NCBI GenBank assembly: GCA_963789335.1 | Contig: CAWBKH010000002.1 | Coordinates: forward strand, 985,355 to 1,049,354 | Reading direction: 5' to 3' | Length of the DNA stretch: 64,000 nucleotides | Origin: an uncultured Verrucomicrobiae bacterium | GTDB taxonomy: Bacteria; Verrucomicrobiota; Verrucomicrobiia; Limisphaerales; UBA11358 | Shown here: piece by piece, positions 10,759-19,498 of the stretch | How the letters are laid out: every line of letters begins with the position of its first letter | Numbering within the stretch: position 1 is the stretch's first letter | Program-made: the position numbers and the translations under genes | The notes under the pieces: model-generated | Seen by the model: the letters and a program-made list of their open reading frames with translations, nothing else | Database searches by the model: none | What the model was told of the DNA's origin: nothing

Positions 10759-12000
10759 TTACCTTCTCCGTCTCGCCATGCCGAAGTGGTAGCCGCCGTG
10801 GACGCGCGAGCCGCGCGCTTTGCCCGGGAACCCGCCGGGTTTCTGGCCGGCTTTGCCTTCCTCGAACAGTGCGGTGTAGCGATAATCGAAATTCTCCATT
10901 TTCACGCGCGGGATTTTCTGGCTGATGAAGCGTTCGATGGCAAAAACGTGGCTCGCATCCTCGGCGGTCATGATGGTAAAGGCGTCGCCGCTCGCCTCGG
11001 CGCGGCCCGTGCGCCCGATGCGATGGATGTAATCCTCCGGATGTTGCGGCACGTCGTAGTTGATGACATGGCTCACGTCCGCGATGTCCAGCCCCCGCGC
11101 GGCAATGTCGGTGGCCACGAGCGCTTCAAATCGTCCGTCGCGAAAACCCTTAAGTGCCTGCTCGCGTTCGCGTTGGGTGCGGTTCGAATGCAGCACAGCC
11201 ACGGCGTGATTGTTGCGCTTGAGCAGGCCCGCGACGCGGTCGGCACCGTGCTTGGTCCGGCAAAAGACCAGCACCGAATTGTAATCCACCCGCTTCAGCA
11301 GTTCGAGCACCAGATCGGCTTTTTGCGAATCGGCCACGGGATAAATGACGTGCTTGACCGTTTCGGCGGGCGTCCGGCGCGCGCCGATTTCGATCGTTTC
11401 CGGATTGCGCATCGCCCACTGGATGAGCGTTTCAATCTGCGGTGGAATGGTTGCGGAAAACAGCGCCGTGTGCCGCTGGCGCGGGCAGCGTTCGACGATG
11501 CGGCGCACGTCAGGAAGAAATCCCATGTCGAGCATCCGGTCGGCCTCGTCGAGCACCAAAAACTGGACCTTGTCCAACCGCACCGTGCCGCGTTCAAGAT
11601 GATCCAGCAAACGACCGGGCGTGGCGACAATAATGTCCGTGCCCGCCCGCAAGGCATCGTTCTGGCGTCCGTAACCCACGCCGCCAAACACGACGGCGAT
11701 TTTCAAATTGGTGAAGCGCGCGTAATCGCGAAAGGCCGTTTCCACCTGCGCGGCAAGTTCGCGCGTCGGCTCGAGGATGAGTGCGCGGGGGCCGGTGGAA
11801 AGATGCTGGCCAAGCTTCGAAAGAATGGGCAGGGCGAACGCAGCGGTCTTGCCGGTCCCGGTCTGCGCGCTGCCAATGACGTCGCGCCCGGCGAGCACGA
11901 GCGGAATGGCGCGGAGCTGGATGGGCGTCGGTTCAACATAACCAGCGGCGCGCACGCCGTCGAGAACTGTCGGGACCAGACCTAATTTACTGAAAGGCAT
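10759..12000 (-). CDS. rhlE: DEAD-box ATP-dependent RNA helicase
   Basis: Q-motif region, AQTGTGKTAAF, DEAD, SAT and HRIGRTGRA are all present. Confidence 0.9.
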   Translation of the reverse strand: MPFSKLGLVPTVLDGVRAAGYVEPTPIQLRAIPLVLAGRDVIGSAQTGTGKTAAFALPILSKLGQHLSTGPRALILEPTRELAAQVETAFRDYARFTNLKIAVVFGGVGYGRQNDALRAGTDIIVATPGRLLDHLERGTVRLDKVQFLVLDEADRMLDMGFLPDVRRIVERCPRQRHTALFSATIPPQIETLIQWAMRNPETIEIGARRTPAETVKHVIYPVADSQKADLVLELLKRVDYNSVLVFCRTKHGADRVAGLLKRNNHAVAVLHSNRTQREREQALKGFRDGRFEALVATDIAARGLDIADVSHVINYDVPQHPEDYIHRIGRTGRAEASGDAFTIMTAEDASHVFAIERFISQKIPRVKMENFDYRYTALFEEGKAGQKPGGFPGKARGSRVHGGYHFGMARRRR

Positions 12001-12044
12001 GAGTAATATTAGCAGGGCGGCAAATTAAAGGAAGCAATGAATTT

Positions 12045-12068
12045 ACAGCAGCCGACATGTGCCGGCTC
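12045..12068 (+). repeat. REP-like hairpin ACAGCAGCCGACATGTGCCGGCTC (variant of the GTAGCAGCCG...CGGCTC family)
   Basis: Close match to the three copies at 38055, 38598 and 38649. AGCCG/CGGCT stem. Confidence 0.6.
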
Positions 12069-12110
12069 ACTTTTTTGGACAAGTCGGGCGCACCTGCCCC
12101 ACGGTTGCGA

Positions 12111-13829
12111 TTATGACGGCGACTCAACTGCCTCCTCGTTCGGTTCTTCAGGCGGCGTAACGAGGGATTCGGCCGGGGCGGGTTCGGCCGCCGCAATGGA
12201 TTCTGCGGTTGGCGACGGAGCCTCGGCTGGCGCTTGAATTTCCGGCGCAGGTTCGGGCGGCGTTTGAACTTCCGTGCCCGGCACAACGGTGGTCTCAGCT
12301 TGCCGTCCAAGCTCCGTTGCCGACGCGGTTTCAGCTTCGGCCGCCGTTTTTTTCTCCGGTTTCGGCGGCCGGGGCGCGGGTTTCTTGGCGGTTTCCAGCC
12401 GCCCGTCGGCGAACTCAATGACGTGGCCTTGATGCACCAGCCAGTGCAAATCGGCGATGATGGCGTTTTGCTCCGCTGTCGGTTCGGCGGTTGGAGTGCC
12501 GCTCTTAGGCGGTTCTTGGGCACCGACCGCCTGAAGGCGGGACTCCGAACCCGGTGCCTCCGCTTCAGGTTTGATTTCGATAACCGCCGGCTGCGGCGTC
12601 GGCGCGAGCGTTTCGATCAACTGCCGCCGGCTGCATTTCGGATGCGCGTTAACGTGGGCGATGATGCGCTTGATGCTTTCCGACACCGGCGTGGTTTCGA
12701 GGTCGAGAAACTGCGGGCGCGCGACGGAAACGTGGGTGAAAGTCTTGTTGACCTTGAAAAACTGCAGGCCATGCGTGGCCAGTTGCCGGCTGAGTTCGGT
12801 GGCCAGTTGCAGCGGAAAATGTCTTTGCTGCTCCCATTCCATGCGCACCAACCGTTGCAATTCGCGGCTGCGCAAATTGCGGCTCGGCACGCCGACGACC
12901 GTGTGCGACTCGACGGATTTGATGATCGTCTCCTTGTGGACGGCGCGGAAATGTTTTCCCACCTCTTCCAGACTCGGCAGTTTGAGCGGTTCGGGCACAT
13001 TAAGCACCACGTATTCGGTCTTGAAACTCTGTTCCTCGACCCACTTCTTGACGACCGCCTCGTCCTTCACGATTTTCACGCGCGCCTTGAAGGCGTCGAA
13101 CGGCATTCGGGCGAACCGCTCGACGTGCAATTTGCGCAACCGGTTCTGGTAATCGTGATGGTTCGGCGGGCCGAGAATCACGCCGCTCATGCCGCATTGT
13201 GCGACAAACGTGTAGGTGCCCTTCGGCGGCTCGGTGGCCGTGCGTTCGGCCTGATAAAACGTGGTGAAATGGCTTTTCAGGACGTGCGCCACTGCCTCGT
13301 CCTCGCTCAGCCACGGCGTGTCGTCGAGCGCACACACAAACAGCGGTTGCGCAACGGCGCCTTCGGGCTTTTTCTTCACCGCCAACCGGACGGCATAGCG
13401 TTCCGGCTTTTGCAAAACGAGCTGGGCAATCTGGAAAAGCGGATACGCCCGTCCGGTCATCTTGATCTGGCGCGCGAGCGATTCAACGCCCCTCTCGTCC
13501 GGCAGAAAAACCACGGCGATTTCCGGCAGCGGCGCAGGCGGTTCGCGGTGTTCGCGTTCGCTCCGGTCATCGCGCCGGTCGAAACCCCTTTTACGATCGC
13601 GGTCGCCAGATTTCGGGCCGGAGCGCGGCGGACGGGGACCGCGACGTTCGCCGAATGATTCACCGCGCGGCTCTCCGCGACGGCCTTCACGCCGGCGATC
13701 GCCGCGTTCCGCTGGCTCGCCGGCAAACTTTTCGTAGCGATTGGCCTCCGGCTTTTCTTGAGCCCACGCGGGCTGGAACAAATTTTCCAGATCCAAATCC
13801 ATGTCGGGAATGCTGCTCATGGGAAACAA
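12111..13829 (-). CDS. hypothetical protein with Arg-rich N-terminal and Pro/Ala/Glu-rich C-terminal low-complexity regions
   Basis: 572-aa ORF. The N-terminus reads RGDRRREGRRGEPRGESFGERRGPRPP...DRDRKRGFDRRDDRSEREHRE. The central roughly 330 aa are non-repetitive. It sits between recA and the DEAD-box helicase on the same strand. Confidence 0.7.
   Translation of the reverse strand: MFPMSSIPDMDLDLENLFQPAWAQEKPEANRYEKFAGEPAERGDRRREGRRGEPRGESFGERRGPRPPRSGPKSGDRDRKRGFDRRDDRSEREHREPPAPLPEIAVVFLPDERGVESLARQIKMTGRAYPLFQIAQLVLQKPERYAVRLAVKKKPEGAVAQPLFVCALDDTPWLSEDEAVAHVLKSHFTTFYQAERTATEPPKGTYTFVAQCGMSGVILGPPNHHDYQNRLRKLHVERFARMPFDAFKARVKIVKDEAVVKKWVEEQSFKTEYVVLNVPEPLKLPSLEEVGKHFRAVHKETIIKSVESHTVVGVPSRNLRSRELQRLVRMEWEQQRHFPLQLATELSRQLATHGLQFFKVNKTFTHVSVARPQFLDLETTPVSESIKRIIAHVNAHPKCSRRQLIETLAPTPQPAVIEIKPEAEAPGSESRLQAVGAQEPPKSGTPTAEPTAEQNAIIADLHWLVHQGHVIEFADGRLETAKKPAPRPPKPEKKTAAEAETASATELGRQAETTVVPGTEVQTPPEPAPEIQAPAEAPSPTAESIAAAEPAPAESLVTPPEEPNEEAVESPS
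12493..12546. repeat. palindromic element GGAGTGCCGCTCTTAGGCGG - 14 nt - CCGCCTGAAGGCGGGACTCC inside the CDS
   Basis: Same arm sequences as 7969-8035; translated on the minus strand as ESRLQAVGAQEPPKSGTP. Confidence 0.8.
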
Positions 13830-13840
13830 CTTTGCAACGG

Positions 13841-14923
13841 TCAGGCTGCCGCGCGCTGGGTGAGGATGGCGCTCACGATTTTTTGGGCGAGCGCGGGGTT
13901 TTCAGTAAGCGCCTTTTGTGCGGCGTCCTTGCCCTGGCCGATCAACTCGCCCTCAAACTGCAACCAGGCGCCTTTCTTGGCCACGACATTGGCCTCGACC
14001 CCAACGTCGAGGATGCTGCCTTCCTTGTTGATGCCGTGATTGTAAAGGATGTCAAACTCGGCCTCGGCGAACGGCGGCGCGACCTTGTTTTTGACGATCT
14101 TGACGCGGACGTGATTGCCGATGGCGTTCCCGGCGGCGTCCTTGAGCGTGTCCTTGCGGCGGATGTCAATGCGCACGCTGGCGTAGAATTTCAGCGCCTT
14201 GCCGCCGGGCGTCGTCTCGGGATTGCCAAACATCACGCCGACTTTTTCGCGCAATTGATTGGTGAAAATGCAGGTGGTTTTGGACTTGGCCAGAATCGCC
14301 GTGAGTTTGCGCAAGGCCTGACTCATGAGCCGCGCCTGCATGCCCATGGTCGCCATGCCCATCTCGCCTTCGAGTTCCGCCCGGGGCACCAGCGCGGCGA
14401 CGGAATCAATGACGATGACGTCCAGCGCATTTGAGCGCGCGAGGGTTTCGCAAATTGTCAGCGCCTCCTCGCCGGAATCCGGTTGGGACACGAGCAAATC
14501 ATCCAGGTTCACGCCAAGTCTTTTCGCGTAACCCGGATCCAGCGCGTGCTCGGCGTCAATGAAAGCCGCCAGCCCGCCACCCTTTTGCGCGTTCGCGATG
14601 ACGTGCAGCATGAGCGTGGTTTTGCCGGACGATTCCGGCCCGAAAATTTCCACCACGCGCCCGCGCGGAATGCCGCCCACGCCGAGCGCCAAATCCATCG
14701 CCAGCGAACCGGTCGGAATGACATCAATTTTTACCTGCGCCCGGGCGTCGCCGAGGCGCATGATGCTGCCTTCGCCGTAACTCTTGGTGATGGTGGCGAT
14801 GGCAGCCTCCAGTTCGCGTGTGTGCGGCGCGGTGGCTTTCGGTTCGACGGCGGATTTGTCGGCGGCTTTCGGAGGCATAAATTTCGGGGCAACTTTTGTT
14901 GTTGGTCTTCCGAACTGAGACAT
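13841..14923 (-). CDS. recA: recombinase RecA
   Basis: [10 protein letters not shown] Walker [11 protein letters not shown]-type motif ([21 protein letters not shown]), [26 protein letters not shown]. There is a roughly 35-aa N-terminal extension. Confidence 0.95.
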   Translation of the reverse strand: MSQFGRPTTKVAPKFMPPKAADKSAVEPKATAPHTRELEAAIATITKSYGEGSIMRLGDARAQVKIDVIPTGSLAMDLALGVGGIPRGRVVEIFGPESSGKTTLMLHVIANAQKGGGLAAFIDAEHALDPGYAKRLGVNLDDLLVSQPDSGEEALTICETLARSNALDVIVIDSVAALVPRAELEGEMGMATMGMQARLMSQALRKLTAILAKSKTTCIFTNQLREKVGVMFGNPETTPGGKALKFYASVRIDIRRKDTLKDAAGNAIGNHVRVKIVKNKVAPPFAEAEFDILYNHGINKEGSILDVGVEANVVAKKGAWLQFEGELIGQGKDAAQKALTENPALAQKIVSAILTQRAAA

Positions 14924-15025
14924 TAGTCAATTGGCTTGAAATAGTCAAATGCCAGATGAAGCCGTGAAAAATCGGGGAATCGTTTCCAGGTTGAAAATTG
15001 CCGCCATCTGCGGCAGTTTGCCACG

Positions 15026-15547
15026 GTGAAATTTGCAAAGCATTTCGCGTTGGTCCTGGTCGTGGCTTTGGTTGCCGGCTGCAAAAAGGCCGAAACCACC
15101 GCCCAACCGCTCTCCATTGAGAATTCGCTGCCCACCCAGGCGCAGCCGAAATTGCCGACCATTAAAATTTATCTCGGCCCGGAAACGTTGGACGCCGAAC
15201 TGGCGACCACCCCGCGCGAGGAGGAGACCGGCCTGATGTATCGCACCAACATCACCGACCAGACGGCCATGCTGTTCGTCCTGCCGCAGCAGATGCGCGC
15301 GTCGTTCTGGATGACGAATTGCCCCGTCTCGCTCTCCGCTGCTTACATCGGCCCAGACGGCGTCATTGAGGAGATTCATCATCTCGAAAAGAACGACAAC
15401 GTGCCGGTGGTGGCGTCCGCCGACAACATCCAATACGTTCTGGAAGTCAATGACGGCTGGTTTCAACGGCATCACGTCAGCACCGGCACGCTGATCCGCA
15501 CGGAAATCGGCTCGTTGCCGCAGACGTTTTTTCGAAACCGGCAATGA
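15026..15547 (+). CDS. DUF192-family lipoprotein
   Basis: Lipobox LVAGC. EETGLMYR...MLFV...FWMTNCPVSLSAAYI...YVLEVNDGWF matches the DUF192/COG1430 pattern. Confidence 0.75.
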   Translation: MKFAKHFALVLVVALVAGCKKAETTAQPLSIENSLPTQAQPKLPTIKIYLGPETLDAELATTPREEETGLMYRTNITDQTAMLFVLPQQMRASFWMTNCPVSLSAAYIGPDGVIEEIHHLEKNDNVPVVASADNIQYVLEVNDGWFQRHHVSTGTLIRTEIGSLPQTFFRNRQ

Positions 15548-15555
15548 GGCAAAGC

Positions 15556-17133
15556 TTATCGCGGTACGGCGCGGAAATACTTGGCCGGGTTATCCGAGCC
15601 TTCATGGTACCATTCAGTAACTGAACCGACATTCGTCACCGTGGCGAGTGAAGTCCAATCGCTTTCGTCGGTGGAAATCTGCAAGGACGCCTGTCCTCCG
15701 ATGGGAACCCGCAAATGCCAGGTGATATTGGTTAATTGGACAGCAGGAGAAAAATCGGTGTCGAAAAAGCGGAGCCGGATGGTAAACCCGGTGTGGACTG
15801 AATCAGCGGCTAACGGATAAACGATAGGCAGATTTGTTGAATCATCAAAGGATGCCCAGCCTGTATTGCTGAAAAAAGTTCCATAGATTCCGGTTTCGAC
15901 TGCCGGACCGAGTTTGTGAAAAGTGATTTTGATGGGACCTTGAATTACGCCTGGCCCTTCGTCGTTGGTATTTCCATTAACCACGGCATTGTTCAACCAA
16001 CTGGCTGTGCCGGTACGCACAAAAAGCGGCGTTCGTGGTTTGTTTTCCCCCGTGTCGGCGGCGCAGAAAAGGATGTCCGGTCGGGTTACATGGCGTTCCA
16101 CTTCCTGCCACGTTACCGTGTTATGGTTGATATAAATATCCTTGAATCGGCAGGAGGTCGGTAGAAAACGACCGTTCTTGGAATTAACCGGCTGCGGCGC
16201 CAACGTGATTTTGTCAATACCCGGCCGCCACGCCCCTTTCACGAACGAATGTCCGCGTCGGTCATATAATCCATGCCCGATGGGATGCACCGACCGCAGC
16301 AGTGTTTCATAATTGATATTCTCCGGCGAGTACAGATAACGAAGCCCGCCAACATCGTCACGAGTCAGTCCATTAAAAAAATGTCCGGCACTTGGAGTCC
16401 AAACCCAATCAGCGACCGCAAGGAGGTTTACAAGTGGATCTACAGGAAGAGAAAGTGGAATTGCATAATCCAAGCTCTGGTCCGGCCAAAGCTGAATGTC
16501 CAAATAACCACCGTAGAGTTCATCATTCACAGAAGTGCTTGGCTCGAGCGTTTCGGGATCAAAATTCCGCAAGATAATTTGATTGGAAATTGCGTCGCCC
16601 GGCCCCCAGAATTGGGAGTTGAGAAAAGGGCTGTTCGGATAAATAACCGCCGGATCGAGTCGCCGCAGCACGTAAATGAAACGAGTTGGCTGCGCCAAGC
16701 CCATGTGTTCCAATAAAAGAGCAAGCGCCATGGACTTCAAGTCATAAAGATTTTCAGCTTGGGCTTGAAAATTTTCATACTGGCCCACGGTAGGATAGTT
16801 GGTCAGGACGATGGTTGAAGCCGGTGGCAAATCGTTGAGGGTTTGAATCGCGTCTTCCACCGCAGTCACGCCATTGCTGCCGAAATAATCCAGAAACGAT
16901 TTATCAAATCCGTAAGTCACCACCGGAACGTTCCAGCGATAACCGTCACCGATGTTCATTGGGCCGCCGATGTCGCCAAAGGGATCGGCAAACGTGGTTT
17001 GGGGCGGACCAAAACCGTTGGTCGTAGTCATCCACGGTGTAAATGGCCCGAGCAGCGAAAAAGCGCCGGTTCGAACCGCGAACAGGGATAAAAGGCAAAG
17101 CATTCCCAAAGTCAAAAGAGAGGTTCGTTTCAT
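15556..17133 (-). CDS. secreted hypothetical protein with a C-terminal ...YFRAVPR module
   Basis: The signal peptide MKRTSLLTLGMLCLLSLFAVRTGA starts at 17133; the ORF-track start at 17223 is upstream read-through. No recognisable catalytic motif. Confidence 0.7.
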   Translation of the reverse strand: MKRTSLLTLGMLCLLSLFAVRTGAFSLLGPFTPWMTTTNGFGPPQTTFADPFGDIGGPMNIGDGYRWNVPVVTYGFDKSFLDYFGSNGVTAVEDAIQTLNDLPPASTIVLTNYPTVGQYENFQAQAENLYDLKSMALALLLEHMGLAQPTRFIYVLRRLDPAVIYPNSPFLNSQFWGPGDAISNQIILRNFDPETLEPSTSVNDELYGGYLDIQLWPDQSLDYAIPLSLPVDPLVNLLAVADWVWTPSAGHFFNGLTRDDVGGLRYLYSPENINYETLLRSVHPIGHGLYDRRGHSFVKGAWRPGIDKITLAPQPVNSKNGRFLPTSCRFKDIYINHNTVTWQEVERHVTRPDILFCAADTGENKPRTPLFVRTGTASWLNNAVVNGNTNDEGPGVIQGPIKITFHKLGPAVETGIYGTFFSNTGWASFDDSTNLPIVYPLAADSVHTGFTIRLRFFDTDFSPAVQLTNITWHLRVPIGGQASLQISTDESDWTSLATVTNVGSVTEWYHEGSDNPAKYFRAVPR

Positions 17134-17242
17134 AAGTCGGTCTCTATTTTTGATTCTGCTTGATTGTATCATGGCTCCAAACGCTGTCAAGCAAACATTA
17201 TTCCGCTTTGTGTGGTTGCGCATTCGTTGCTAATTTCCAGCC

Positions 17243-18565
17243 ATGGTTCACATCGAATCGGAAAAACTATTTGCCGAGGCACTAAAATTCATTCCCGGCG
17301 GCGTGAACTCACCGGTGCGCGCCTTTCGCGCCGTCGGCGGCCAGCCGTTCTTTGTCAATGAAGCCAAGGGCGCGCACGTCTGGGACGTGGACGGCAACGA
17401 ATATATTGATTACGTCTGCACCTGGGGCCCGGCGATTCTCGGCCACGCGCATCCGAAAATCGTTTCCGCCGTCAAAGCCGCCGCCGACCGCGGCACGAGC
17501 TTCGGCATTCCCAATCCATTTGAAGTGACGATGGCAAGGCTGATTTGCTCACTCGTGCCGAGCGTGCAAAAGGTGCGCATGACCAATTCCGGCACCGAGG
17601 CGTGCATGAGCGCCATCCGCCTCGCGCGCGGTTTTACCCGCCGCGACAAAATCATCAAGTTCGACGGCTGTTATCACGGCCACGCGGATTCGCTGCTCGT
17701 CAAAGCCGGCTCCGGCGCGCTGACGTTTGGTAATCCCGACAGCGCGGGCGTGCCGGCGGCGTTCACGCAGCACACCATCGTTTTGCCGTTCAACGATATT
17801 GACGCAGTGAAGGCCGTGTTCGATGCGAATAAAAATCAAATCGCTGGAATCATTGTCGAGCCGGTGCCGGGCAATGCCGGAGTTTATCTGCCAAAACCGG
17901 GCTACTTGGAATTTCTCGGTGAAATCACCAGTGCCAACGGCGCGCTGTTAATTTTCGATGAGGTAATGACGGGCTTCCGGCTTGCGCCCGGCGGCGCGCA
18001 GGAACGATTCGGGATCGCGCCGGATTTGACGTGCTTCGGTAAAATCATCGGCGGTGGCCTGCCGGTGGGCGCGTTTGGCGGGCGCGCGGACATCATGGAT
18101 TTGCTCGCGCCGCTGGGACCGGTTTATCAAGCCGGCACGTTAAGCGGCAATCCACTCGCGATGGCAGCGGGCATCGCGGCGTTGGAGGAACTGAACGTTG
18201 GTAGGGACGCTGCGCTGCGGCGTCCGGACAGCGCAGCACGCTGTCCCTACCAACAGCTTGAAGAACTCGGCGCGCAACTGGAAGCCGGCCTGAAAGACGC
18301 CGCGAAGGCCGCAAACGTTCCGGTCCAATTTAACCGCTGCGGTTCGATGTTTTGCGCATACTTTACGAGCGAGCCGGTTCACAATCTGGCCGATGCGATG
18401 AAAAGCGACCGTGCGCGGTTCGCCAAATTCTTTCATGGGATGGTTGATGCAGGTGTTTACCTCGCGCCATCGCAATTCGAGGCCGGCTTTATTTCCACCG
18501 CCCATGCAGAGACGGACATTGATCAAACGGTGAAAGCAGCGGCCACCGTTTTGCGGAGGCTGTAA
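17243..18565 (+). CDS. hemL: glutamate-1-semialdehyde 2,1-aminomutase
   Basis: Class III aminotransferase motifs, [13 protein letters not shown], and FDEVMTGFR...FGKIIGGG with the PLP lysine context. Confidence 0.95.
   Translation: MVHIESEKLFAEALKFIPGGVNSPVRAFRAVGGQPFFVNEAKGAHVWDVDGNEYIDYVCTWGPAILGHAHPKIVSAVKAAADRGTSFGIPNPFEVTMARLICSLVPSVQKVRMTNSGTEACMSAIRLARGFTRRDKIIKFDGCYHGHADSLLVKAGSGALTFGNPDSAGVPAAFTQHTIVLPFNDIDAVKAVFDANKNQIAGIIVEPVPGNAGVYLPKPGYLEFLGEITSANGALLIFDEVMTGFRLAPGGAQERFGIAPDLTCFGKIIGGGLPVGAFGGRADIMDLLAPLGPVYQAGTLSGNPLAMAAGIAALEELNVGRDAALRRPDSAARCPYQQLEELGAQLEAGLKDAAKAANVPVQFNRCGSMFCAYFTSEPVHNLADAMKSDRARFAKFFHGMVDAGVYLAPSQFEAGFISTAHAETDIDQTVKAAATVLRRL
18200..18251 (+). repeat. 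52-nt palindromic element GGTAGGGAC...GTCCCTACC inside hemL
   Basis: Terminal 9-bp inverted repeat plus inner GCTGCGCTG/CAGCGCAGC stem. 43/52 nt are identical, without gaps, to 62589-62640. Confidence 0.85.
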
Positions 18566-18656
18566 CCTTTATCCTCCGGAGCCGTCTCACAGGCTATGAC
18601 GCAGCGTCATATCGGCGCGGCGTAAAACAAACCAACCTAACGAAAGACAAAAGCTT

Positions 18657-19148
18657 ATGAAAGCCACCAAATTGGTGCTAATCACGGCGTTGGCGATGGG
18701 CAGTTTGCTGGCGCTGAGTCCGGCCTTGCGCGCGGATGACGCCACGAACACCCCGTCGGTCACGCCACCGGCGGGCGGGCCGCCGCCCGGCGACCGCGGA
18801 CCGGGCATGAGGGGTCGAGGCCCCAACTTCGACATGATCGCGCAACGACTCAACTTGACTGACGACCAGAAACCGCAGGTCCAGGCGATTCTCGGCGATC
18901 AGCGGAAACAGATGCGGGACGTATGGCAGAACCAGGACCTGTCGCGTGAAGACCGCATGGCAAAAATGAAGTCTATCCGCGAAGACACTGATACGAAATT
19001 GAAAGCCGTTCTCACGGCTGATCAATTTGAGCAATGGCAAAAAATGGAATCTCGAAGAATGCGCGACCGACGAAACGGCCCGCCCGGAGGTCCGCCTCCG
19101 GAAAACGGCGGCACCAACACCCCGCCAGCCACACCGCCGCAAACATGA
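18657..19148 (+). CDS. periplasmic LTXXQ-motif (Spy/CpxP-like) protein
   Basis: Signal peptide, LTDDQKPQVQAIL, LTADQFEQWQKM, and Pro/Gly-rich ends. Confidence 0.7.
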   Translation: MKATKLVLITALAMGSLLALSPALRADDATNTPSVTPPAGGPPPGDRGPGMRGRGPNFDMIAQRLNLTDDQKPQVQAILGDQRKQMRDVWQNQDLSREDRMAKMKSIREDTDTKLKAVLTADQFEQWQKMESRRMRDRRNGPPGGPPPENGGTNTPPATPPQT

Positions 19149-19182
19149 TTCGTGGGGACATCCGTTTCGTGGGGACATCCGT
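19149..19182 (+). repeat. perfect tandem duplication of the 17-mer TTCGTGGGGACATCCGT
   Basis: Read directly; it begins immediately after the stop codon. Confidence 0.9.
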
Positions 19183-19186
19183 TGAC

Positions 19187-19219
19187 AGAGGGACGGCTTA
19201 GGCCGTCCCTTTTCATTTT
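19187..19219 (+). terminator. rho-independent terminator
   Basis: GGGACGGC TTAG GCCGTCCC followed by TTTTCATTTT. Confidence 0.8.
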
Positions 19220-19412
19220 GATTGTAACATTTCTGCCCCACCGTTGTATTCAAAATCAGTGTAAAAGCATCAGAATTACCTTGGCCACCGCGCTGAACTT
19301 CCGCGGAAGGCTGATGACACCTTCACTGGCGGGCGCGACACCGCCGCGCCGGACGCCCGCGCAGATTCCATTTGAGCAAAACCGTCGGAACCGGTATTTT
19401 GGGCGTTGCCTT

Positions 19413-19489
19413 GCGCGCGTAGCTCAATTGGATAGAGCGTCGGCCTCCGGAGCCGAAGGTTGTGGGTTCGACCCCCGCCGCGCGTACCA
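19413..19489 (+). tRNA. tRNA-Arg (anticodon CCG), CCA encoded
   Basis: Manual cloverleaf: acceptor GCGCGCG/CGCGCGT, D arm GCTC-AATTGGATA-GAGC, anticodon arm TCGGC-CTCCGGA-GCCGA, variable loop AGGTT, T arm GTGGG-TTCGACC-CCCGC, discriminator A, then CCA. Confidence 0.9.
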
Positions 19490-19498
19490 GTGGAGAAT

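Noticed and set aside
14924-15025. LexA/SOS box upstream of recA.
   Set aside because: I could not find a convincing palindrome of any known LexA-box type (for example TGTTC-N4-GAACA or CTGT-N8-ACAG) in the 100-nt upstream region.
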